64,000 nucleotides of DNA from Euprymna scolopes (Eukaryota). The notes under the pieces were generated by a model. It made no database searches and had not been told where the DNA came from. It saw nothing but the letters and a program-made list of their open reading frames with translations. The translations under genes were made by a program, and so were the position numbers. Positions 52,109-64,000 of this stretch are shown piece after piece. Positions within the stretch are counted from its first letter, which is position 1; every line of letters begins with the position of its first letter. The stretch lies in NCBI GenBank assembly GCA_053919585.1, contig CM132784.1, one strand, 5' to 3'.

Positions 52109-53644
52109 GGGGATATTAAACCTCTTACTAAACTATAGTTTCAACTTTGTATTTTGACAAAGTGGGCAATGAATTTTTGTTGTGTTTATCAGTCTCTTCT
52201 CCACATTTATTTGTATACACTCACCGATAATAAAACGCATGAGCGCACATAAGTTTGAGAGAATTTGACTGCATACTAGACACCATCTGAAAGTCTCTGT
52301 AGTGAGGTTTGTCAGAACAACCTGGCATAAGGATAATTTCCTTCTACAAGTAAACCCTGACCAAATATTCAAAATAACAACGTATTCAAAGCCCAAATAT
52401 AATCTTGGTGCTACCACATCAGGCTGTCTGAAGATATTGGCTTCCTGAGTCGAAATGCACCTAACATTGATGCTTTTTGTTTTTCTACTTCCTTTTGCAA
52501 AACTTAATCATGTTCTGCAAAACCAAAAACAATAACAACCCACCTTTTCCTTCTTCCTATTTCCCCTTTCTCTTTCTATCTCCTCTACTTCTTGACTGGT
52601 TTCCTAACTTAAAATGTACCAAACATTAATACTGTAACTATTTTCCCTCTCCCATTGCAAATCTCATGTTCTGCAGGGCAGAGAACAAAAACGATAAAAT
52701 TCACTACAAAACAACCAAACCAAACACTACAAACTAGCGATGGAAGATACAAAGAGCTTAAAGAATAAAAACCTTCTACAAAATAACTGGATGCAACATA
52801 AATACTATTTAAAAAATAACTGGATTCGGCATTATATAACCTGAAAAGGGTTGATATGCCGTAAAACAACCAAACCAAATATGATCCCTCAGTATGGATA
52901 ATCCACTCTGGCTAATGAGAAATGGTGTCCATTCTCCAAGTGATGTTGCATCAAGTAACAGCATAAAGCTGGATACTCCATCAGACTAGATGAATTCTTT
53001 TCCTGATAAAAAAAATGGTCAATTAGGGGAGAGGGAAATTAGTTTTCTTTACTTATTTACTCAATCAACATTTGAGAGATGTGACGAAAGTAATGCAAAA
53101 CGTGACTTACACAAGCGACGATGCTTCTGTCTATCCTGGCGGAATCAAGGAAGAAAAAAAAACAACTTTTGTCTATAGACGGCTTATTAATATACATATA
53201 TAAGAGATCAAAAGGGAAGATAAACTATAACATACTTAACTGGTCAATTGGGAGAGAGTAAAATGAGTGTTTTTCACTTCTTTACTAATTCAATGTTTGA
53301 GGGGAATCTTGGATGAACATTCGGATATCTGTTGATCTTAGGAAAGACTCTTCCTTGATTTCTGAGAACTTCAAATGAAACAAAATGCTTTTCCTATTAT
53401 GGTTACGTATACATTGTATAAAATATCTTTCCCTGACTTTCAAATGTCTGCATGCATATTCACATGCAGCTCAATAACTATTTCTTACTAGCATTAATGT
53501 GTAAACTTATATGCTTGACATATATATATGTATATATATATATATATATATCGTGTGTGTGTGTATGTAAACAAGCTGATGGTTAGAGCACTGTTGCGAC
53601 TGGCGAGTGTGGCTTTAATACACACTCGAGGAGCAATATTTACG

Positions 53645-53719
53645 GCACTGATTTGTGGTTCAATGGTGAGAGCTGCCGACTGCCAATGCGACGGTTGTAG
53701 GTTCGATCCATGGCTGGGG
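53645..53719 (+). pseudogene. tRNA-Gly(GCC)-like Pol III head
   Basis: A-box GTGGTTCAATGG (53655), anticodon loop CTGCCAA (53680-53686), B-box GGTTCGATCC (53700). Stems are imperfect. Confidence 0.75.
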
Positions 53720-53727
53720 TAAGGTGT

Positions 53728-53786
53728 GTGTCTAGCAACACTGATGAGTTGTGATACAACGAAACAGTACTGTATGTGGATGACAT
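53728..53786 (+). ncRNA. Type I hammerhead ribozyme
   Basis: CTGATGA 53741-47; stem II GTTGT/ACAAC 53748-60; GAAA 53761-64; palindromic stem III ACAGTACTGT 53764-73; GUA triplet with cleavage after 53774; stem I ACA/TGT plus an internal loop plus TGTC/GACA. Confidence 0.85.
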
Positions 53787-53794
53787 ATATATTT

Positions 53795-54500
53795 TCTATA
53801 TACAGGGTGACCCAAAAACGGGCCCCAACTCTAATTATGCCCTATTTCTTAGTGTTTTGTTTGAATGAAATGAAACTTTGGTCATAACTAGTTTATTATA
53901 TTCAAAACATCACATCAAAACACGAGGATCTTTGGCCTTTTTTTTCTCCGTTCTACAGCATATGTTCTAGATGGCCTCCATTTAGCTTTTGTTTTTTTTG
54001 GGGGTCACCTTGTATATATAAAAGGCAAAATGTGTTTGTGTATGTTTGTATGTCTCGCAAAAACTTTTGACAGAAGCAACAGATCCTCATGAGATCAGTA
54101 TCGTTTTAAAGCTCAGCCCTTTGGACGAAAAATATCGAAAAATTGACCAAAAACATTCATTTTTTTCACCCTAAACTGTTTTCTACAAGGAGGAGTCTTT
54201 TTTTTTTTTTTCCGTTGCCATTTTTTGCAAGCCATTTTATCGGTTGGATTGACTTCGCTTAATTTTAACGTTCCGAATTTCCAATTGGACTGTAGAAACA
54301 TCGGCAAAGACGTCACTTTTTTTTTTTTTTCCTTCGCGTTACAGATTAAAGCTTGCTTACCTACTACCACTTTTTTTCTCTCCACCCAAACTACCTTCTG
54401 TTGCTTCGCCCCCCACCCTTACTATTAATTTTTTGCCCCCCCCCCATACCCGGGGGGGTGTGTCCTTACTACACATCTGGGCGACGCTGGGTATCACCGC

Positions 54501-54503
<3 letters not shown>
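53795..54503 (+). mobile_element. Non-autonomous Helitron with a Tc1/mariner MITE (53803-54012) inserted in its 5' TA tract
   Basis: TCTATATA|CAGGGTGACCCAAAA...TTTTGGGGGTCACCTTG|TATATATAAAAGGCAAAATG; 3' CTGGGCGACGCTGGG...GCTAG|T. Confidence 0.85.
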
Positions 54504-54567
<64 letters not shown>

Positions 54568-54861
54568 CTGTTTGATTTGTCAACTTAAATGCTATTGTGT
54601 TTGACTTTGAAAATCTAAAAAGAATGTTCATAATTTATGTATAAAAAACGAAAATCAAATGTAAATTGATGTAGAATTTAATTTCACAGTTTGATGAACG
54701 TTTGTACTTGTATCGTTTGAAGAATTTTTTTTCTGACAAACCATAGTTGTTAGAATTTAAAATGTGTGGTGTGCTTATAAAATGAAAAGAACGTTGAATA
54801 GTTTCCATAATTCGGTCCGTATCAATTTGATATACGGTTTCTTTTCACCATTAACAATTAA

Positions 54862-54995
54862 CTCATGATACACTTGAAGAAGGTCAGAGGTTGCATCAAT
54901 CAAAACGATGTGAGAACAACACCAAAGATGAAAGCAGTAGTCCGAACAATCCAATGCATATTATTACTCCTCATCTAAAAAATTTTTAGAAACAT
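54862..54995 (+). mobile_element. Hammerhead-tail SINE family, tail-only copy
   Basis: GATACACTTGAAGAAGGTCAGAGG...AAAACGATGTGA...AAGATGAAAGCAGTAGTCCGAA...CTCATCTAAAAAATT. Confidence 0.75.
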
Positions 54996-55529
54996 TTGAT
55001 CGTTGGTTTCTCTAGGGCTTTTTTTTTATTTGGCCAGAGGAAGGTTAGTTTGGAAGTGAATTTCTAAAACCATCCAACACATGTCTGAATGTAAAACGGC
55101 TTTTAAAACGAATGTAATGGCGATTGTTATCACAAAATATATATTCTTCATTTTGTTAGAAATGTGAAATGTTGCTCATATTGCATTAAAATGCGTAATA
55201 TTCTAAAATGATATTATAAATACCAATTTAGCTTTTTAAATAAAATTGTTGAAATGAGGAGGAGAGGAGTAAAGAAATTGAGTAGGAGTTACTAAATAAG
55301 TTGACAAGGAAATAGTCAAGGAAAACACTTTTTAGCGAAAATGCTAAAATATGTACAAATAGAACTTTGTTTAATAATAAAATGAAAGCAAAAATGAAAA
55401 GTTCATTACTGAAATGTTATTTTGTAAATTTATTTGCCTGGGAGGTTCTTTTTTTTTGGGGGGGGGGGGGTGTACTTCAAGTTTTCTTTAAGTATGCCCT
55501 TTTTTTACCCAAGTTTTAAGTATGCCCCC

Positions 55530-55793
55530 TTTTTTTTTTTTTTTTACATGGAGTTCACCACTTATCAAGGCCCAATGGCCACTCAGGGATAAGGGTTATT
55601 GTGTATACAGTAATCAAAGGGATAGTGTAGCAATAGAATTGGTAAGGTGTCATTACTTGGGGGGGAAACGGTTCATCAGGAATTTGTTTGTGTTGGACTT
55701 GAAGACATCCAGGTTGAAGTCGGGAGGGAAACAGGCAAGCGGAACAGAGTTCCACAGGTGTGCAGTTCTAAGAAAGAAGCTTTGTTCATGGTA
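55530..55793 (-). mobile_element. LINE (family A-related) 3' end with poly(A)
   Basis: Reverse complement SFFLRTAHLWNS...FKSNTNKFLM and the CCCTGAGTGGCCATTGGGCCTTGATAAGTGG tail. Confidence 0.88.
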
Positions 55794-56600
55794 TTTTACC
55801 CAAGTTTTAAGTATGCCCCTTTTTTACCCAAGTTTTAAGTATGCCCCCTTTTTTACCCAAGTTTTTTTACCCAAGTTTTAAGTATGCCCCTTTTAAAAAA
55901 AAGGGGCATACTTAAAACTTGGGTAAAGTTTTAAGTATGCCCCTTTTTTTACCCAAGTTTTTTTACCCAAGTTTTAAGTATGCCCCTTTTTTTTTACCCA
56001 AGTTTTAAGTATGCCCCTTTTTTTACCCAAGTTTTTTTACCCAAGTTTTAAGTATGCCCCTTTGTTACCCAAGTTTTAGTATGCCCCTTTTTTTACCCAA
56101 ATTTTTTTACCCAAGTTTTAAGTATGCCCCTTTTTTTACCCAAGTTTTTTACCCAAGTTTTAAGTATGCCCCTTTTTTTACCCAAGTTTTAAGTATGCCC
56201 CTTTTTTTACCCAAGTTTTAAGTATGCCCCCTTTTTTTACCCAAGTTTTTTTACCCAAGTTTTAAGTATGCCCCTTTTTTTTTACCCAAGTTTTAAGTAT
56301 GCCCCTTTTTTTACCCAAGTTTTTTTACCCAAGTTTTAAGTATGCCCCTTTTTTTACCCAAGTTTTAAGTATGCCCCTTTTTTTTACCCAAGTTTTAAGT
56401 ATGCCCCTTTTTTTACCCAAGTTTTTTTACCCAAGTTTTAAGTATGCCCCTTTTTTTACCCAAGTTTTTTTACCCAAGTTTTAAGTATGCCCCTTTTTTT
56501 ACCCAAGTTTTTTTACCCAAGTTTTAAGTATGCCCCTTTTTTTACCCAAGTTTTTTTACCCAAGTTTTAAGTATGCCCCCTTTTTTTTTACCCAAGTTTT
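55794..56600. repeat. Tandem array of about 20 copies of TTTTACCCAAGTTTTAAGTATGCCCC(T)n with 14-bp subunits and one inverted unit
   Basis: Direct. The same unit lies on the other side of the LINE at 55488-55530. Confidence 0.95.
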
Positions 56601-57119
56601 ACTACAGTCTGATCTGGTCACTAAATGAAGCACGAATGAATAAAACTGTAATTGTTGTAAAGATGAAATTGTTTTCATCTTTATTTATATTAGATGCAAA
56701 TCGGTTCCTAAAGTTTGTGTCTTTTAATACATTAGGGTTTGCTAATTATTTTAAAGTCACTTAAAATAATTTTCTATTCCAACAATTCAAATTCTTTTCA
56801 AATTTCGGATCTTCACAAAGTGATTCATTCTTTTCGAGTGCAATTACAAAAGATTAAAAATGGAAGAATTGTTTAAGAATAATCCGAAATCCATTCTTTT
56901 AGATTTTATAATTATATTTTTTTACTGTTTTCAGGTTTTAAATAATTTTAGATTATATCAGCATTTATTTTTTCAAAACAGAAAAAAATAGTTTAATAAT
57001 TTGATGAATCATTAATATAACTGAGACATACTCAACTGTAATAATATATATATATCCTAATGTTAGATATTAATCAATATTAAATAATCACACACACACA
57101 TGAAGTAGTTATCGAATGC

Positions 57120-57717
57120 TGTTATTTAAGTTTCTGAATTTTTAGATGAAGATTGATTATTCAGGTTTTTTTTTTTTTTTTTATTACATTTTCACCCCAA
57201 ACAAGGCACATTGACACTTTGGTGTAGGGGGCTACTATCAGGGGAAACAACTACTGGGGTACTATGTAGAGATTTGGGCAGCAAGAACTGTTCTCATTTT
57301 GAGTGATTTTCAGAACGTTTAAGTAGATGTAAGCTCCGATCTTCTTCAGGTGTATCTTGACAAACGGGAATTTGAAGATTAGAGGGTTACATCGCCGAAA
57401 ACGTGAAAATAACGCTCAAGATGAGAACAGTAGTCTAAATAATATGAATTATTAATTGTAGTTTTTAAATGTAAACAAATTTTTGTGTCTATATTAGTTT
57501 CCCCTCCCTTTTTACACGTTGTGCTGTTTTATTGCTCGATTTATGTATTATACATGAAAAGAAAAACTTATTCTTATCCTCATCCATATGAAGTACTCTT
57601 CTTTATTCTTATTTGGATTCATCGAACTACTGTTCTTGAGTATCATTTTCACAACGTTTCAGTCGATATAACCACTGACCTTCTTCAAATAATAGATAAT
57701 ATATAAGTAAACAATAA

Positions 57718-57760
<43 letters not shown>

Positions 57761-58165
57761 ATAATAATTAATAATGAATAAAAATATTTACAGTTAAAAA
57801 TAAAATAGGTTAAGGCTTCTAAAATTCATACTAGAACTGGCGCAGTGGTTAGAGTATTTAGCAAAAATGCATTGTTAAAGTGTCATTTTCTTAAAGGTTC
57901 AATTCTGAGTGTGGGCAACCGAAAAAATATGGTTGCGAATTACCTAGGACCCCTATTCAGTCATGGCTGACAGAATGAGAGCATACTACTCCTGTGAAGA
58001 AAATAAAGGGTTCAGATCAAAATTCCGTTCAGATTCCCGAGTTTGACAAGATACACCTGAAGAATGTCGGAAACCTTGTGAAAATGACAATCAAGATGAG
58101 AACAGTAGTTTGATACATCCAAATAATATGAAGAACCAATCCTCATCTCAAAAATTCAGAAATGT
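57120..58165. mobile_element. Cluster of four hammerhead-tail SINE copies (-,+,-,+), the first interrupted by a LINE family B 3' end (57175-57286)
   Basis: Copies at about 57120-57376(-), 57371-57450(+), 57578-57690(-) and 57835-58165(+). The last has A-box TGGCGCAGTGG and B-box GGTTCAATTC. Confidence 0.8.
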
Positions 58166-58922
58166 AATCGTGTTCTTTAGTGTGTTTTTTTTTACTTTTT
58201 TTCTCAATATACTAAATTAAATATGGTCTTATTATGAATCCTTTAATGTTTGCAAACTGTTACTTATCTAAACTGACCACTTCCAGTTCATCGGTTTTCG
58301 ATAAGAGAAAAAACTACTTTTACTCAGTTGCAAGAGACTTTTCTTTATAAACTATATGAAAAGACTGAATACGTGTGACATGACAGTGTGAAAGCTGCAA
58401 AATCGCTTGTAGTGTATTAAGCATGAAAATATTATTAGATCCAAGTTATTATATTTGAAAAAATATGTTCAAGCCTTTAAAATAAAAATTCTTAAGTGAT
58501 TGCAAAGCCGTCGAACATTCAGATTGATATATGAATAGTGAAATTGAAAAGATAAAGCAGAAGGCAAGGGTGCATGTAATTTTTTTTTAAATAATATATA
58601 AAATAAGAGGCAAATATCTATTGTTTTGGTCATATATATGCTTTTCAACACTAGTCACAATTGAAAAGATTTTAGCAGCCATTTGCAATTATTCAGAAAA
58701 AAATAATCTAAAAATCTTTATTCAAATAACATAGAAGAAAAAAAACTAAAAAAAATAGGCTAGTTCGAATCAAATATTGATGTCAGAAATTATTTAGATG
58801 ATCTGATTTTGATAAAACACATGTGGATAAATATATTTTGTATATGCATAAATAAAACCTGGAGTGATAATCATCGTTATAACTATGGCATGTGTGGATG
58901 ACCTCAAACCACATTTTGAATA

Positions 58923-60991
58923 CTAGCTGAAGTACCCGGCGTTGCCAGGTTGTATATGATATATTTGAATATTTTGTCCTCCTACATTATAATAAAATAG
59001 ATTAAATAAAACAAATTCATAATGGTGAATACATGTTTTTTGTTATGAAAATCATATTCAGGGAAATTAACTAAGCAAAATGTCATTTTAAAAATAATGG
59101 GCAGCAGAACTGAGAATTTGACCCCTGTCGTTCAAGATTTCCTTAAACGTATTAACTGTATTTATCTTTGGTCGTGATGGATTTCATTACAATGAATTTT
59201 GAACTTTGTTATGAAAACTGCAAAATGTGAAGAAAGGAATTTTACTCAAAATCTAATAATTACTTACCATTTTTCGTAACTAATAAATTATATTTTGTAT
59301 GAAAATAAACGTCTAATTGTCTTATAATTATTTGAATGCAGTAAACATTTCAGAAAAATTTTCTAAAATAACAACAAAACAGAACCACAAATACACATGC
59401 GAAAATTTGCAAGGACATTTTTATCAGAAAAATACAAAATAATAAAAACGCAAGCATTCTGAAAAATTACATTTTTTGTTTGAAATTAATATTTGTTTAT
59501 CGAATCGATAAATGAATAACATGTATATAGGCATGTTTTCGTATATCTCTATATAAATAAAATGAACTCATTTTTTCCCCTCCGACTTTGACATTTATAG
59601 GACTGCACCTGTATACATTTGGTGCAGCCGTATTATTCGCAAACTGAATCGCGACATCTGTCGTATGTTATAGGCTTATTAGCTGTCCAGTATCTTGCTG
59701 ATCAGAGTTTCCTATATTCTGTCTGGTGAGAGCCCACTGTAAAAATCGGTTACATTTAATGGAAGTAGTAAAGTATACTCTCTCTAACAAATTCATCCTA
59801 CCACCGCCACTCACTTACACCGTTCCAGAACGTTCACAGGAGACATTTAAAACCAATCACCGGTTACAATTTATCTAAAAACTGGTCTGGACTTACGCTG
59901 AAACGAACCACGGTTACTTTGCCATTGAATAGCATAAAACATAAACACAATTTATAAAGCATTTATTATAATAAAATTAAATTAAAACAGACCACAATCC
60001 GTTACCTGGAATTGAATTCACTTTACTTCGATTTCGTTATAACCCGCATGGTTAGAGTTTTATGAAAACCTGGATTTACATTTACGTGAAACGCAACACA
60101 ATTACTTTCACAAACACAACTTCCGTTTTGCTCTTTCTTTCCGTTCTTTTATTTTCTTTCTTTCTTTCTTTCTTTGTAAGGACATGTTTTCGTTGCCATA
60201 GTAACAACTTTTTATCGACATTGTTTCACGGTTTATGAATATTGAAATAAAATACATTACTACACAATAATATCTCACTTTTAATCAGTTTTATCGACTT
60301 TTGAAAACTTTTTTTTAACTCTTTTTAAATGATAACGTTAATGTTTATTATTATTGAAATAAAATACATAACTACACATTATTATTATCTCACTTTTAAT
60401 CACTTTCATCGACTTCTTAAAACTTTTCTTACTCTTTTTAAATGACGTTTTTTATCGACGTCTTCTTTTTTAAAAGCATTTTCTTAAAATGAATATTAAA
60501 ATAATTTCCCAACTTTTTTTTTGTTTTTAGTTTTGTGTGTTGAATTAAACTTTTTTTTTTTTTTTTTTCATTATAATTTTTCATTACAACATTAGTTATC
60601 GACCCCGGTTCTTTGCCTGACAAACGACATCTGTCGGCGGTTCTTGAAACTAAATTACACGCATTAGCTCCATGTTACTGAAAGAAAATAACATTAATTC
60701 AATATCAGAAAAGAAAAAGTCGATAACATTGACACATAAACAGTAAAAAAAAAAAAAAAAATGTTAATAAATGTTTACTAATGTATTTTATTTCAATATT
60801 CAATATTCATAAACACTGAAACAAAAAAGTTGTTGATTGTTTTTTTTTTTGCAACAAGAAAAACAAGTCGACAATGGGAACATTATGAACAGTCTCAGGA
60901 AGACACTTCTGGTACTTTATTCTTTTGTTTTGATTTACTCAAAACTGCACACACCTCGAAACATCCGAGCAACGCCGGGTACCCCTGCTAG
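58923..60991. mobile_element. Adjacent or nested non-autonomous Helitrons
   Basis: Minus-strand 3' end at 58923 (CTAG, CCCGGCGTTGCCAGG). Plus-strand 5' TCTCTATATAAATAAAATG at 59546 and 3' CCGAGCAACGCCGGG...CTAG|T at 60991. Internal tandem duplication of about 115 bp at 60240-60445. Confidence 0.65.
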
Positions 60992-61169
60992 TATAATATA
61001 ATGTCCGAAATTCTTATTTCTGAAAAAAAAAAAAAGAGAAAAAAATGCAGAGATTCGGAAACCTTAGAATTTTTGTACAAAATTAATATTTGTTTATTTA
61101 ATTGGTTAAAGAATAAAGATGTAAAGAACTGTGTGTGTATATTTGAGTTAACGTCTGAAATTCTTGTCT

Positions 61170-61700
61170 TCTATAATATAAAACTTACCCGTCTGTTTAA
61201 ATGTATGTATGTCTCATAAAAACTTTTGACAGGGGTGACGGATTTTCACGAGATCAGTATCATTTTGTAGCTCAACCCTTCAGGTGACAAATATCGAAAA
61301 ATTGACCCAAAACATTAATTCCTTCACCCTCAACTGGGCACTTTTCTACAGGGAGGGGTTGCTTTTTTCGCCGATATTTTCGAAAGTTATCGCTTCTTTT
61401 CAATTGTCTAGCCTTAATTTAAATCTATGTCACTTCTGGTTTGGCTATGAGCACAACAGCTAATGCATTACGTTATTTTTTGTTTTTTTTCCCCACTTTC
61501 TTTTCCTCCTTCATGGTACGAGCCTGCCTGCCTACTACCACTTTTTTTTTTGCTCAACCAACACCCTTACACATACCACCACTTTCTTTTCTGCCTTTGC
61601 ATCACGGGTTCGAGCCTGCCTGCCTACTACAACTTTTTTTTTTTTTTTTTGCTCAAAACACACCTACAAACACTCAGGCAATACCGGGTACCCAGACTAG
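61170..61700 (+). mobile_element. Non-autonomous Helitron
   Basis: TCTATAATATAAAA start; CAGGCAATACCGGG...CTAG|T end; internal GGGTTCGAGCC B-box-like repeats. Confidence 0.85.
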
Positions 61701-62629
61701 TTATAAATAAAGGAAAAACAATGTGTGAAATTTTTAGTACTTTAAAAATAAAAGAAAATGCACACATTCAGAAATGTAAGAACTTTTGGTACTTGTGCAG
61801 TATACGCATGAAAAGCAAAAATTTCGGCTAGTGGGAATGGACATTTTGCATGTAAATTTGCCGATGTCTGTATGAGATATACATATATGTAAACAAAGAT
61901 ATTACTCACTATAAACCATCCTTGGTGCATAAATACTATTTCTTGAGAATTTCAGTGTTATGTGACCAGTAGTTTAAGGGTTTACCTGTTAGATATTTAC
62001 ACACACATACTATTTTATTTCTATAAATATTACAAGCTTGGAACAAAAATACATTTACCAAAACGACTAGATTCAGCATTAGATAAAAGGGGGAGGGTAT
62101 ACCAGAAAACCAACAAAAATTAACGATTAATACATAATTTCTCCTTTATGTTTACGGGAGATTAATTAATTTCTGAGTTTGAAAATGACATGCCACATTT
62201 TATAGACTAGTTTTACCTATTAAATATCTGTAGGCAACAGCCATTATTTAATGACTTCACGTAACAGTCCAGTTTTCGTTTTATGGATTCAAAAAAATCC
62301 TGAAAAGGCTATGGTTTCAATTTGGAATAACTATTATGGGTTAAAGGTGATCTTTTTTCAACTCATTCCCAGGTGAATTATTTCTGGAAAAATCTTTTCA
62401 TTTTAAATCCAAAGCAAAAGTTGCACGTGGAAAAAGAAAAAAAAAGCACCCCCCCCCGTCACTATCAACGCTACAAGATTCTAGTGGTGGCTATTATTGC
62501 CATAATGATGCAACAAGCTGGGAAAACTTCTAGATTTGTTATTAGCAGATTTCATAATATAAGTATTTTCATAAAATATCTTGTGCCATTCCTCTCAAAA
62601 ACTAAGTCATACTGAAAATAAGATATCTA

Positions 62630-63281
62630 TCTATATATATAAAAGCGAAAATGTATGTATGTTTGTGTGTCTGCTAAAAACTTTTGACCGACGGAACAAA
62701 AATTCACAAACTTGGTATCATATTAAAGCCCCACCCTCCGGACGACAAATATCGAAAAATTAGCCCAAAAGGACCATCAGAAGTGCGTCAACTGATCGAT
62801 TTTCTGCAGGGAGGCGCCCCCCAAAAAAGTGACATTTTAATGTTAAACATTACATATTTTTAAATCGATTTATAACTGCCCAAAAAAATACGGGCGCTAA
62901 CTCTTCTACATAAAGTATACACGGGGCCGTTTATTTTGGGTCAACTTGTATTTAAAACCCGCTGAGTCATGTCACGTTATCTTGACGTCAGCAAGCTGTA
63001 ATGGCAGTTTAATTAAAAAAAATTTGTTATCAGTAAAAAAAAATTTAACCCTCACACAAGCTAAACTATGAACTTCTACGCTATGACAACATTACCAAAG
63101 TTATTCGCACATTAAAAATAGTTAGATACGATAGTTAAATGAAAAATAACAAGCCAAAAATGTGAAATAAAAAAAAAAGACGCTTACAAAAAAATATTAA
63201 CAATCGAAGTTTTTACAAAAAAAAAAAACAGCCAGACGCCATTTTCTTTTTTAGTAACACTCTTTAGAGTAAGGAAGACGA

Positions 63282-63320
<39 letters not shown>

Positions 63321-63903
63321 CACAAACGCAAACAGAGAGAGAGAGACAAATAGAGAGAGATGTCTAGACAGGAAACAAAATACGTAATTTAATAAACGCT
63401 AATGTGAAGTAAAACAAAAAAAATAAAATACTGCTACGTCATCTCGTAACGCTCCCGCGATGACCTCATTTAGTGGCTATCTGTCAATCAAACTTCTTTC
63501 ACTCGCTTTATAAGCCTTATTTTAACACTATAATCAATTCCTCTTACTCTTGGACTAGACAGTTAAGTGGTTGGAGTTTGTTTCACCTCCGCGTCAAGGC
63601 TCCCAGGTTCAATCCAACCTCACGACCAAAACTATTTTTTTTTCTTTTACATCTTTAGACACGCGGGCAACGTTTCTTTATTTTGTTTTTTACTTCACTT
63701 ATTCTTTAGTTTACTTCCCCCCCTCCCCTATACAACCAGCTTTTTTTTTTTTTCGCTGTTTTTTTTTTTCGCTGTTTTTTTTTTTTTTTTTTTTTTTGGT
63801 TTTTCCGATTTTTTTTAACATCGTTTCAGGGTTATTACTTATCCCCCCCCATACACACACCTACAAACACCCGGGCAACGCCGGGTACCCCCCCCCCCGC
63901 TAG
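62630..63903 (+). mobile_element. Non-autonomous Helitron (longest, most intact copy)
   Basis: A|TCTATATATATAAAAGCGAAAATG start; CCCGGGCAACGCCGGG hairpin and CTAG|T end. Confidence 0.9.
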
Positions 63904-64000
63904 TCTCAAGTAAATCTAGAATAGGGTAAATGTGAGATGTAAGGAAAATAGATATACAGGGGTGGGGAGTATATTTTGCAACAGACATTTTATCCATTAT

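Noticed and set aside
52428-52460. Hammerhead-like CTGAAGA...CGAAA
   Set aside because: Stem II is weak, there is no NUH or stem I, and the partner copy at about 46900 lacks GAAA.
55794-56600. CRISPR-like array
   Set aside because: No unique spacers, eukaryotic context and no cas genes; it is a simple tandem array.

Overview
AT-rich, repeat-dominated eukaryotic (metazoan) intergenic or intronic DNA. Several repeat tails resemble cephalopod repeats as I remember them; this is inference only. I found no intact host protein-coding gene. The longer ORFs are decayed retrotransposon fragments or stop-free minisatellites. Contents: decayed LINEs (CR1/L2-group, R4/Dong-like, RTE, I/Nimb-like), a Penelope GIY-YIG remnant, a broken hAT transposase with an internal inversion, hAT and Tc1/mariner MITEs, about 15-20 non-autonomous Helitron termini, and two minisatellites. 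The most interesting signal is a set of small-RNA-derived retroposons. (1) A tRNA-Gly-like Pol III head directly followed by an apparently intact type I hammerhead ribozyme (53645-53787). (2) A second, multi-copy tRNA-headed family with a Penelope-type minimal hammerhead tail. (3) A U2-snRNA-headed SINE-like element in two copies, one with a clean 17-bp TSD, whose body may be U5-derived. (4) A 5S-rRNA-headed SINE with an RTE-like tail. Also notable: tRNA-like A/B-box cassettes recurring inside the Helitrons, and a LINE target site amplified into an array of about 20 units that includes a perfect snap-back palindrome. All alignments and folds were done by eye, and boundaries are approximate unless a TSD or TIR is quoted.
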